DNA of 64,000 bases, taken from the NCBI GenBank assembly GCA_017499595.2, contig CM039003.1:372001-436000 (forward strand), given 5' to 3'. The translations under genes and the position numbers were made by a program. This document shows, piece after piece, positions 52,379-64,000 of the stretch. Source of the stretch: Psilocybe cubensis. Its lineage: Eukaryota. Position 1 is the first letter of the stretch. Each line of letters starts with the position of its first letter. The notes below the pieces were generated by a model that was not told the DNA's origin, ran no database searches, and worked only from the letters and a program-made list of their open reading frames with translations.

Positions 52379-53580
52379 AGGACCCCTGACAATAGGCCCA
52401 GAGGACGTTCCGTCGGACGGACAAAAATTTTGAAAATCGACCCCTTCGGACGTTCCGAAACCGGACAGAAATCCCAGATTTTGAGCAAAATGTCGTTCCA
52501 AAAATCCGGACAGAAAAGTTGCAGGACCGCCGAGGTCGATCCAAAAACCGGACATATATCGTGATCAACGACCCTCAAAATATAAGTCATCGGTTAGTAT
52601 AGAGGCTGAGCGTGTAGTCGCTCCCGCCCTTCGTATTGTGATACTACGTCGTTGTTTCTAATCTCAATATCGCCTTTTTAGTATTTTGCCCTTAGTAAAC
52701 CCATAGTTCAAGAGAATAAAAAAGGCAATGAAAATGTTTGCAAAGCGAAATTTAGATATTATTACATAGATTTTCTGCATCACACATTCAATTGTAGTTC
52801 CTTTTTCTTGATGATAGGATTCAGATTGGCAAAGGTAAAGTGGACTATCAGTTGGAGCTGTTTCGATGTAGTGACTAATGATCACGCCGTACTTTAGTCA
52901 TTGCTTTGAGTGAGAAACCAAACGGAAAGCACTCACGAAACCAGCCGGTTGCGACTACTACCAATGTCTGTGCCCTTTCAAAAGCATCTTTTCAAGTCTT
53001 CGAGCACAGTCATGGCCTCTACTTCACTGCAAGACCCATCAAAACTGCCTTGCTCAATGTATCTGAATTTGCACACCTGCCTTCCTGCAAGTTACTCACC
53101 CTCCTCTATCATAAACCCTTGTCTGTCACTGCAGCAGGTTTTGAAGTTCATGCGCAAGATATTTCGCTTTACAAGACATTGGTTGAGGGAGTAGGGAGCA
53201 TCAAAAAAGCGATGAAAATGTTTGCAAAGCGAAACCTAGATAGTAGTACATAGCTTTTTTTGCATCGCATACTCGTTTTATGGTTTTGTATTGTACTAGG
53301 CAGGTTTTTTTTTATTACAGTGATTCTTAACATTGTTCTGAAGCGTCCCATTTGCGACTGAACTCAGCTGAACGCGCGCAGCGGCGAAAAAATCGATTTT
53401 TAGGCCTGTCCGGACACAAATTGGGCCTCCCGAGGGTTGTTCCCGATTTCCGGACAAATTTTTGAAAAAATTGGTAGGTCGTTCTATATCCGGACAGAAA
53501 TTTTGAAAATCGCGACGGACAAAAAACCCAAAAATCGACCTTTTTCGGGAACGTCCTCTGGGCCTATTGTCAGGGGTCCT
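52379..53580. mobile_element. Non-autonomous TIR DNA transposon (1202 bp, 33-bp perfect TIRs, 8-bp TSD AAGGACAC)
   Basis: Left end AGGACCCCTGACAATAGGCCCAGAGGACGTTCC (52379-52411) has its exact reverse complement at 53548-53580. AAGGACAC lies at 52371-52378 and 53581-53588. Subterminal CGGACA repeats occur at both ends. Confidence 0.95.
52906..53253 (+). pseudogene. Coding remnant inside the transposon (probable C-terminal fragment of the element's protein)
   Basis: Open frame ...NGKHSRNQPV...FQVFEHSHGLYFTARP...FAHLPSCKLL...IKKAMKMFAKRNLD with no proper start. Its 3' ~70 nt are duplicated at ~52716-52785. Confidence 0.6.
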
Positions 53581-54968
53581 AAGGACACCCATAGTATAGA
53601 TCCGCACCTACTATCCGGCAGCATTATTCGTATGTAGTAGACTAGGAGTAGATTGTCTATAAAAGTCGGCCAATATGTTCCGTTGCCTTAGTGGGTCATA
53701 CCTTTTTGAATATTTGATCAATATTAAGCAGATAGAAATACTCTACGTTCGATAGTTAAGGAAGTTATGAAAATGAGCAACCCCATTACTCAGTGCTGAG
53801 TCGGCGTTCAGCTCCGAATGCTCAAATGGAGCGTTCATACGTTTAATGCATCGAATTCCGCCCAAACCTGTAGAATTCAAGCAGCTTAAGCCTACCCATC
53901 GTGCCTTGACTTTGATCAAACATATGTTGTGTTGTTAAATCCATGAAGGTAGTAACCCCATAATGTATTTGCGGCTAATCGCGGTGACTACCAAATAGCT
54001 TAATATGAATAATCCGTTGCACGAATAACCAGAGACTGAGATTCTCCCTTTCAACCATGTATCGGTAAATAAGAGTCCAAGCTTGCACGTTTTGTCAGAA
54101 TCCACCGGGGACCCAGACGCAACAATTTAAAATAAGTGATTATATTCCAAAGTGCACATCTAATTTTCTGGCAAATATATTCCTGTGACAAATAGTGAGT
54201 GATGGCTCATAACTACTATTTTCTAAATAGACCACACGTTATTCCCACAACTTCTCCGTACCTAGCTGCATATCTTCTGTCAGTCAAGTAAATTCTCTTT
54301 AGAAAGGGTCTCATTGCAGGCGGAGGCTTAAGGTAGAAGCAACTCTTCAGAGGATCTAACGCGTTTATGTTAGTCGTTGTTACTGCATAGGCGAATCAAA
54401 GAAATCCTTTATCTCGGTCACACAACGAGTGATTGCTAATCGAAGTAGCTATGTTCATAGTGATTGAGTTTGCAGGAACCTTAAAGAGGACGTGCTAGCC
54501 TTCGCACGTAAATTTTAATTATTTGGAGGAAACGATCCCAAAGATTCGGGAACCTGGCGGGGTGGGTAAGGTCGTGGCAAGTTGAGAATCGAAATTCCAA
54601 TTGCCGTTTGGGCCATTTTGCAACTCCGCCTGAAAACGGAATTCACTGATAGAGTGATTTTGGCAGATTTGACGTCTATAGTATAGGTTGCCTATAGGGT
54701 AGTTTCCCGTGGCCTATCGTGTTGGGTTGAGCTGCCCATCAGATCAACTTTTTCTCGACATTTACATGACACACAGACAAAGCCAAAGAGCACTGCACGC
54801 TAAGGTGGTTAGGATAGTTAAACTGATGGTATTTTCTATTTCGCTCATGATATTCCAACATCATGATCATATAGTTGTTTTTCTTTTTCTTTGTAGCCCA
54901 AGACCTTAACATATCCTGGTATTATGCTCCGTCTCTGCACAAATACCGAAAACTCGTCTCATCATCTC

Positions 54969-55649
54969 TTATGCGCCAGAATGAGGTCCTGGAATGGACC
55001 AAACACCGCTTCCAGATGCACCATAGTTGTCGTTGTTTGCTGTGTATATTCGGTAAGAAGGTTGGAAAAAGCAATACACATAGATAACGTACTCTTAAAC
55101 TGATTCATTATAATAACGAGCGATAAGTACCATGAGCATCAGCTATCCGGCTTTGACATTATTAATTACTCACAACTGCAGTGATAATTTTGTCGGTGTA
55201 GAACTCAACCACTGTACGACCAACTTCTCCGGGGATGGTGCTTGGGTATTGTTGGATCCAAAATTCACTTTCTCCAAGGGGAGGTGGATTGGCATTCTTA
55301 GCCGTATACAAGGTGCCTTTGACATTATGAAGGTCCTGAATTAAAGCTATAAACAGCACAGCAAGGTTCATCAACGCCATGACAGGTGAGGTATACAATA
55401 ATCATACTCACTCCCAGGGCGTTCGTACGTCCAGGTGGACTTGTTTACCGCCCCTCCAGGAAGTGATATACCGACAGTGAAGGATTTAGTTTTCGCGTTC
55501 AAACTAATGGTGGCATTCAGGTCGGGTGCAACATGCTGAGCCACAAATTCTTCGTTATTGAAGAAGGCGACGGCCTCATGGTGCTCGTTGGCGGAGATAA
55601 ATTTGAGAATGTAGGCACTAGCAAGGTTGGCGTCCTGAGCAAAAACCAT
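54969..55649 (-). CDS. Small (~160 aa) hypothetical beta-rich protein, 4 exons
   Basis: Spliced MVFAQDANLASAYILKFISANEHHEAVAFF...KGTLYTAKNANPPPLGESEFWIQQ...VVEFYTDKIITAVFKTNNDNYGASGSGVWSIPGPHSGA*. TATATAAG lies ~50 bp upstream. Confidence 0.75.
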
Positions 55650-58039
55650 GTTGGTAGTTTAGTGTGTTTCTGATGAATACTACGCAGAGATGGACTCCTT
55701 ATATACAAATTGTACATGCCCATTTTTAAAAGTCTGTCCCAAGAGAGAATCCCAGAAAAATCTTTCTAGTAAATCATCAGAACCCTTTACACGTTAGGAG
55801 TTCACATGACAAAAAACGTTCAAGAACCAACGGCGATTTTTCCTCTCCAGCCATGTACCGAGTAATGTAACGAGAGACATTTACTTACTGTCCGCCGCCA
55901 ATTTCCTGGGCGCTAAAATTAGATACCATATTGAGTTATTCCGCATTAACTTAGCTGGGAGTCGGAATCATGGAGAAGAAGAGCACAAGTCGAACCTAGT
56001 TATCCGTGTGGAAGAATTATTCAACATCTGTGATATATGTCACTTCTATGCAGTGAATGCTACTTGGGCAAAACATCCTCAAGTTCCAGTTAAGATACCA
56101 CAAATCCATAATTCTTAAGGGTAGTCAAACGGCGATGTAAGTGTCCGATACGTGTTACACTTCACAGTGAGTCAGCCCTGGATCGCACGGACATTTACAA
56201 AAACGAAAAGCTGATCGATCTGATCTCCCGAAATTAAAGCCCCGTTCAGTGCCGAAATGTGTTACATTGGTAAACCCTTTCTCTAAGATTCCGGCATTCG
56301 TGTTTAAATCCAGATGCTAACGAGCATATTTGCTCTATAAGTATTGGCGAAATTGTGTTTAGAATGCTGCCAGATGTGTTCTCCAAACCTGAATTACTAA
56401 GGCATTTTGGATTTGAGGAACACTTTTAGTTGAAATCAGTTCAAAGCAGATGATGCTGAAGTCAAGTGTACCTGTTATATCCTGGAGTGTAATGCAGAAT
56501 AGCTTCAAATTCTAATGATACTCTAGACTCTGCATACTATACACCGACGCAAATAGCCAGTGAGAATCATTTGAAAATGGTCACTATAATTGGAAAACCA
56601 GTCTAGACCGGTTTTCTGGTAATCTTCATTGTCCGTTCCAAATCAGTGCTATCTGATTGAAATTTTGACGAAGTTGTAAATATTCATAACGCTGACCTCC
56701 TAGAGAGTTGTCAGAGCCACGATAAAACCATCCACTATCAACCGTGGACTTTTTTCTTCCTAAATCATGTACCAGCCTTTCAATGGAAGTAATTCTCAAT
56801 ACTACCCTCCATCACGGGGCCTAAGATTTCATCTAATGGAATGTTTTGCTTTCGGTTCCTTCCATGGTCTACATCGTTGCGCGAATGAAGATTTTGTCAA
56901 GCTTCTTCTCGGAAATTGAAATCACATAGGTTCTGGTCCTGGGAACAAAGAAAGATGCTGCTTGGGCTACGTCCTGTTCTTTTTTGGCAACCGGATGCAT
57001 CATGAATCCGAAAGCTACTTAGGACTGAACGCTAAACCCGTGTCAGTCTTCAGAGTTAACATTTACCTCTGACAATGGTCGGTGGCATATGAAATGTTGA
57101 CTTGCCGACTTGCAAAGGACAATGCTGTACGTTTTCCTGTCAAGTAGTGACCCCTTTAACGCCCTTTTCCACCCGAGGTACTACATTGCTATATTGAAAG
57201 TGGGGTTCGGGAGGATTCAAGTACTAGCAGGTGTTCTTTCGAAGGGATGAGTTGCTTCTTTGACATTATCCACTAATCATGATTCTGACAGAACACAGTC
57301 GTGGTTTTTTCTGAGTTGAACCTGACTGATAAATTCGAAATGGCTTATGTCGTCCAGATTTTTCAGCCGGTGTCACCGTTTTGCGGGGAAGTAACCGAGC
57401 CATGTGGCTGTCACTGTTGTTGCAAAACTTCCAGTGAGCCATCGACATTACGCTATAGTACCTGGTCCTCATTGCTGTTTTATCATTAATCAGAATCTTT
57501 GATCAAGATCGACATAACTTATTTGGACAAGCGCCAGACATCAAAGAAACTTCGTTCTTGACATCAAACAAAAACCCACGGATATCTATCGAACGCTGTC
57601 TATAGAAAAGTTCGAACTCCCTACATGGTTGCTACTATTACGTGTTTACACAAATCCCTCAAAGACGACCCGTACATTTTGTATTCGATACGATGATAAT
57701 GACCACAATGACGACGAGGAGAGAAGATAGCGATATCAAAGCACTCCACATCGAACAAAATATACACAATAAAAAGGACATTGGTGAACAAGAAGTAGAG
57801 GGGGAAAATCTGAATACGTTATGTATCATAAAAATCAAGAAAAAGAAGAGGGAAAGGAGAAATGAAGATAGTTCATAGTGCCGAGCACGCTTCGTAAATC
57901 ATTAGAGAGATGGAAAGTAATAGGAGAAAAGAAAAAAACCCTGGTAGGAAGCTGTTGCTTCATACCAGAGCATAATGATATAGAGCACGATTGAGGAAAA
58001 CCAGAATTGGATGAAAACCTTATCAATTGACGTGAAAAC

Positions 58040-61000
58040 CTACTCTCCAGCAAACAAACGGACGATCATGTATGTCGATGCCCCAACAAACCGAATGACT
58101 GAAGTGCGAACGTAAGACATAACAGCTGAAAGTCCAGACGAGGGATAGAGACGTACAAGCAAGTCCAGCCACGGAGGCTAACAAGAAGGACATATAGCCG
58201 TTCACGGCCTTATTTGCCCCTCCGTCCGATGCCTTCACATTTGTCGACGTGATCGCAGCGCCCAACAGTCCATTCGTTAAAACCCATGCCAATAGCACAC
58301 TGCACATAGGCGGCACACATTAGCGAAACATCGGAAAATAGGACCGGTGAACATACTTGGTTCTGAAGGACCTGTAATAGTCCTCTTGCTGTGTGCCCTT
58401 GTCAGGTTTGCTCTCTACCTTGGGTGGCTTCGAGTTCAGCACATGAATCGCATCTTCGTATAGTGCATTAATATCCTTTTCGTCTGTCGGTACATCCGCC
58501 TCGACTTCGCCTGCCTTTTTGCCTGTGGCGACCGTCCCCAAATCTTTGGCAACGGTATTGTCACCTTTGGTACCCCATGAAACGTCGTGAACGTTAGCAA
58601 ACTAGAGCAGATATGAATGAGAAATGGAAGTCAATGTCATGACGTTATACTGTGTGAACATACGGCGTAGACATTCAAGACGTTGATGTACGAGGGAGCC
58701 ATGAGCATGTACTGCACAAACGAAGTGATCATGTGCCATGGCTCGAACTGCAGAAATAGATCAACCGGCTGACCAGAGAGTTAAACGAACAAGAGGCAGC
58801 GAGGACTTACGAATATGATGCTAGCAATCACATACAGCCCGAGCGTGGCCAGAAGGGAAACAACAATATTCCTGAAGATAGGGTTGGTGAAGATATCCGA
58901 GAACTGGAGAGGTCCATCCGTATGCGCAAGATTCTCCAGACCCTTGAACGCAAGCAGGAACGCAGCCACCTGATTCAAACCGTAAAGTCAACACGACAGA
59001 TACGGGAACGAGATTCGGGAGTAAAACGTACAGTCATGTAAATTGTAATGACCGAGAAACCAAGCATGGCAGCTGTATACCCCCATTTACTCCCCTGCGG
59101 TCTATTACCCAGAGAAAGAATAAAGCACATGAGGAGGAGGCCGAGATAGAAATAGTTGAGAATGACGTTGACAATGTGAATGCCTTTGAGGTTGAAACTA
59201 TGGTCTTCCATGGCTTCGGAAAGAATAGCGAAGGCGATATAGTAATTGGCCTGCGTATGCAAAGGTGGGGAGAGGAAAGATCACGTCAGCAAGAAATTTG
59301 GTAAACATTCAAGGTCAATATCAGTTGTCCCGATTCATGATCTCACTGATTTCAACCATACGGGAGAATTAAAGAAACATCTGACGCAAATGCTCACCAA
59401 GGCAAACCAGGAAAAGATGAGGTTAAATAACTGATACAGCATCTCCACGTGGATCCACGCCTTTCGTATAAATGTATGACTCGACCTATAGATGTAGTGG
59501 AAGTGCACTGTCGAATGCACGGCGGCAAAAAATGAACCATTGAGCCAGCGACGACGTTGGGAGATTAGTTCGGGGACCTATAAATATGGGGAGTGAAGGT
59601 GGAAGACGATGTCAGGAAAGGGCGTGGAGGGGAAAATTACAAAGGTGGTGAAGGCGCACAAAAAGATGAGGTTAGTAAACTATGTGTCAAGGGTACAGGG
59701 AGAGGAATCTGCGGACCTGATCGGGTACATCAGTCACTGCATACGCGGATTTGACATAATGCAGAATCCACGACCCGCCACGTTTGGAGACAAGTTCCCA
59801 GCATAGAATCTAAACAGACCAATAACATTCGTATGTGTTTAGTGTTTAGGGTCCAACAATGAAAAAGGGGCAGCGTACGCGATCCTCAGCAAGGTACATG
59901 TTCGCTGTGAAAATATCTGCTCCTGCGCCGTGCTGTTGAAAGACAGTCAGATTGAATAGAACAAGGCCATGGCAGAAAAACGTAAGAATGACGAGGGCCA
60001 AATCGGGTAGAATTAGCCAGATACAGAAGAAAGAAAAGGTCGTAGAGAATAGACTGAAAAGGAAATAACTACACCAAGACACCAGCGAATCAAAAATAGA
60101 ACGACACGAAGCTCGCGTGGACCAAAAAGGAAAGGTAAGGGCCCAAGATGGAAAGAAGAGAAGAAAGAGATTGACAGCCAATAAGCGCGATACAGATAAG
60201 GAAATAAATACATATGCAAGGCATTTGTACTAGAAGGTAAAGAAAACAGCGAAGTGAGAGGCCTATAACGCACCATGGTTTCACCCAGGAAATATTTCTG
60301 TAACGGACCCTCGCCTTGGGAATCGTTTTGCAGCGCAATGTAGCGGTACGCACTGAAGGCACCAGGAAGCACGGTGATGTATCCAAATACAGATTCTCTG
60401 TGTCGGTGATTTAGTTGCAGGTGATTCAAAATCAAGGAACAAAGTCTGATCAATACAAACTCGAATGATCGGAAATATAACATGTACTGACAATGGTTTA
60501 TCCAGGATATTCGACATTTTGTACTCAAAGTTTTGTGCGGCAACTGTTGGGCCATGAGTAAATAGATACGTTTTCCTCACTCACCAGCAACGATAATAAA
60601 AATGTAGACTTACCAAGTGGGTTAATCAAATTTCTTCCGTACTTGCCCTTGAGCGCTACAATCTCACCACAGGCACCGCCTACATTGGAGTTGATATCAA
60701 ATGCCTTCCACAAGTGGTAGATGGACGTTGGGCCAGGCATAGTGCCCACGTCAAGGAGAACGCAGACGTTGGGTTGAAGAATAGCACCGAAGGCATTAAA
60801 GAACCACCGATGGGAATTGATTTTCTTCTGATTCTTTTCCTTGAGACAGAAAATAACTTGCACAGGAACTGTGCCCTTTTCCGCGCCTTCGATTTTCAGA
60901 GATGGGGTAACAGAGACTGATCGCAGCTTCAACAATATGGGAGAAAGACAAATGGACAGGAGGACGTACTTTGAGTGGTATATTCATATATATGAGCGGT

Positions 61001-62172
61001 GACCTCCTGGTTCCCGATCTTCTGCTTTGCTACCCCTTCCTGATAGGCGCCCATAGCAGCGATAACGCTGAGCGTCCTCGAATTAATCTTCCCTCGTCCA
61101 TCGCTCACGATACATACAACGACTTTTTTCCATCCATCCTTGCCCCAAGTCTTACTCCTATCACGCTTGCACAGATGCGCAACGTTCTTTATTACACCGT
61201 GCATAGTACGGCAGAAAAGCTCCTCGTCTTCATTATACATCGTCATCACAATGAACAACTCCGTGCGCCGTGGCGGGTCGTAGTGCACCTGTCGGAGAGT
61301 GAAGCCCGAGTCCTTGAAGTCATTTGGATCGCACGTCGCCGCTGAGTACCGCATGTGCGTAAATTCGCGCTCGGTGCGGTTCGCGCACATGTCTAGGAGC
61401 TTTTTCGGCACCGCGTTGTCCAGCACAAAGTTGCCGTGGAACAGCCTGCACACATGAGACGTAATCGTCACTACAACAGTCTAGTACACTCACTCGACTT
61501 TCTTGATCGTCTTGTACCGCCTTGGCACACGCTGTGGGATCCGCCCGTATCGAATGTTGTTCTCCTCCTGCACGCTCTGCTCGCCGTCCTCCTCCAGCCC
61601 GCCTGGGAAATGTGGCGTGAACGCCCCCGAAGACGACGGGTCCCTCCGCAGCAGTGGCATGTCGCCCGTATCGATGCCCATGTCGTCGCCTTCATTCATG
61701 TCGTACGCGGACCTGTTGTACTGCGGTTGCAGTCCTGGTGTCCTCGATGGCCCTGGAGGTGCTAGCAGTGGGTTTAATGAAGGTGCAGGCGACAACGCGT
61801 TGTGCGGTGGGGGAGATGCAGGGTGCACGACATTTGGCGGGCGGTAGGCGCCATATCCGAGATCTGTGGGCGGTGGTGGTGGTGGGTATATATTTGAGGT
61901 CACTCCTGGAGGAGGAGGTGGTGGTGGTGAAGAGTATGGATTATGTGGAATTGGGTTGAATGGGTCAGTCATCGAAAGCGGGGTTCCTGCCCCAAATTGT
62001 TGCTGTCTTGGATGGGCTTCATATTGTTCATAAGGGTTCGGCGTCGTTGTCTGCTGATAGGGCGAGTATCCATCGTTGTAGTGTCCTCGCTGTGCCTCGT
62101 CGGCCTGTCGTTCGAATATTAGCTTCGTCATCGTCACCTTGATTATCCACTGACCTCTGGATATCGAGACAT
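58040..62172 (-). CDS. Chitin synthase, division 1 (class I/II type)
   Basis: [65 protein letters not shown]. Pro-rich N-terminus. First exon MSRYPE inferred at 62172. Confidence 0.96.
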
Positions 62173-63906
62173 TGTCAAAGTGAATATACGTCTCTTTTTT
62201 CCTCTTTTTCTACTGCTGCGGCTTCTGATGTATCTGGCTGTGAATAAGCTGTTCGCTGCCAGTCGCAACGAGCAAGGCTGTGGTCGCTGTCCATGCCGCT
62301 GAACACTCTAAAAAGGGTATTCATTACGTAAATTTTGATCGTTCCTGACTGAAAACCTTTAAGTAAAAAAATAAAGGCAATCTAAAGTGCTGAGGAATAG
62401 AAGAGAATGTTACGGACAAGGCATGGAGTCCAGAACTTGCTGGATTAAGTGGAGAATATAATACAACTGTCGTGAGTAGAATTGATATCACGATTCACGA
62501 GGCACGGAAACTCCTATCCCAGGAGACTTCGAACTGATCATGTTGGAACTTGGTTGGTTGAGATTAAATCAAAAGAGTTACTTAAATCCAATGATAAGAT
62601 ACAAGAGAACTACGCGAGAAGTTGAATAGCCTAGAGACATCTACACATGTTCGGCCTTGCGCCTCGAGACATGTCTTCCAAACCAGTACCAAAAACTATT
62701 TCCTAAAATAACTCAATCACCCTATGTCTCATTGAGAAACCTTGGTCTTCGTTCCAACCTCGAATCTCTAGGACACCTCGTCTCGCTATTCAATCACTCC
62801 ATGGTCTCGTCGAATCATTGGAACATGTTCCCAAGACATGCAGTCATTCGACTCCGCGGTTAAACGATGCTTCCAGATTATCATTGGCTTTGACATGGTA
62901 TTTAAGTTGTTTAAATTTATTGATAAAAAACCGCTCACTTAAATAATTCCTTGGGAGAACATTCAACATTGTTAATATCAGTTAATGTATTATCTTTCGA
63001 TGTTCAACGTTCAATGCCGATCATTTTGAATAGTAATGGGCAAACATAGAATCCAAGATGTAATAGTATAAGAAATTACATTATGGTTTCTTACTAAATG
63101 ACCTACGATGCCACGCAGCTTTAAATTGGGAAACGTCAAGATAGAACCACCATGAGAGGGAGGTAATTCTGAACTTGACAGAATTTTTAGGGTAAGGAAC
63201 CTACGGGTCTTGTGATTCACCCGGCTGATTGGAAAGAAAACTCATCCATCCCTTATAAAGTTCAAATAGCGGGAGTTTGAGTTGCCCGCTATCAATTTTG
63301 GAGACGAAAAGTTATGTTTAGCATACCAAATATTGATGTGAAACTCCATTATAGCTAGGAGACGGTGGCGGCTACTATACCGCCATTGCTGTGGTTCTTC
63401 ATTCAGTGTCACATCAATATGCCAGCCACTGGGAGGGAATATTACAACTATACACCTTCTTGTCGCACTTGTTACTCCGGCAGATAGGAGCATAAACTCG
63501 TAGCATCTCCATTCCTAGCTTGAAGAAATGAGTAAATATCACTGAGAGGAATTGCTATATTGGAAACTCATAGCCAGGTTTGCTTTTATTTAAACACATA
63601 ACTGCCTCTAGTGAGCACCGGGAATCTGACTGAGAGACGTATAGACACCACAGAGTGACAGTTCTTGACATCTGCCAGTGGGTGTGATACGACGTTGCTT
63701 GCAGGGAATGAAAATCGCGTCGTTATGTGGCGCCTTTTGTGTGAAGGAAAAATCAGCCTATATACCACCAATAGAAAGTGTCGGTTCAACACATATCATG
63801 TGGGTTTTAAGAGGCTATATACTGATTGAAATACTAACAAATTTAGTATAAAATGTGTCTTCCAGTACACATATCCTACCCAACTTTCAATACCTTTCCC
63901 TACAAT

Positions 63907-64000
63907 ATGGCAGTCAAAGACAAAGAAAACCTTGCCTCCGCCTACGTTCTCAGTTTTCTCGCTGACCATGATCGCGAGGAAGCCGAAAAATTCTTTGAGA
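63907..64000 (+). CDS. Paralogue of the 54969-55649 protein, 5' part (runs off the window)
   Basis: MAVKDKENLASAYVLSFLADHDREEAEKFFE aligns with MVFAQDANLASAYILKFISANEHHEAVAFFN. TATAAAA at ~63848. Confidence 0.75.
   Translation, partial: MAVKDKENLASAYVLSFLADHDREEAEKFFE

Noticed and set aside
54547-54709. Segment bounded by CGGGAACCT / AGTTTCCCG, possible MITE
   Set aside because: Only a 9-bp imperfect inverted repeat and no TSD.
56593-56616. Near-perfect 24-bp palindrome GAAAACCAGTCTAGACCGGTTTTC
   Set aside because: Isolated; possibly a TE relic, but no element boundaries are visible.
59580-60275. Unusually long pyrimidine-rich introns and TM-looking ORFs within the chitin synthase
   Set aside because: Intronic compositional bias; the flanking exons splice in frame to canonical CHS motifs.
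1-64000. tRNA, rRNA, CRISPR or telomeric arrays
   Set aside because: None recognised by eye; the sequence is eukaryotic nuclear DNA.

Overview
Eukaryotic, intron-rich fungal DNA. The short GT-AG and GC-AG introns and the gene content are typical of a mushroom-forming basidiomycete (Agaricomycetes). The window holds about 23 genes. The housekeeping set is the GPI16 3' end, ATP17, RCE1, the complex I 51-kDa subunit, DSK2, ETF-beta, AP-2 sigma, a chitin synthase, and GH2 and GH15 hydrolases. Accessory content: (1) a compact three-gene cluster of a stand-alone adenylating enzyme, a divergent class-V PLP enzyme and a flavin monooxygenase. Its enzyme types match the IboA/IboG/IboF part of the ibotenic-acid cluster, and a CGGAGA motif lies about 200 bp upstream of each gene. 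(2) An orphan CAAX lipopeptide pheromone precursor with no receptor gene in the window. (3) A NACHT-WD40 NLR-like gene. (4) A 1.2-kb non-autonomous DNA transposon with perfect 33-bp TIRs and an 8-bp TSD. (5) Two inverted paralogues of an unknown small protein flanking the chitin synthase. (6) A small spliced Cys/His-rich protein missed by the ORF track. Gene models were spliced by eye and no database searches were run, so exon boundaries and family calls are provisional.
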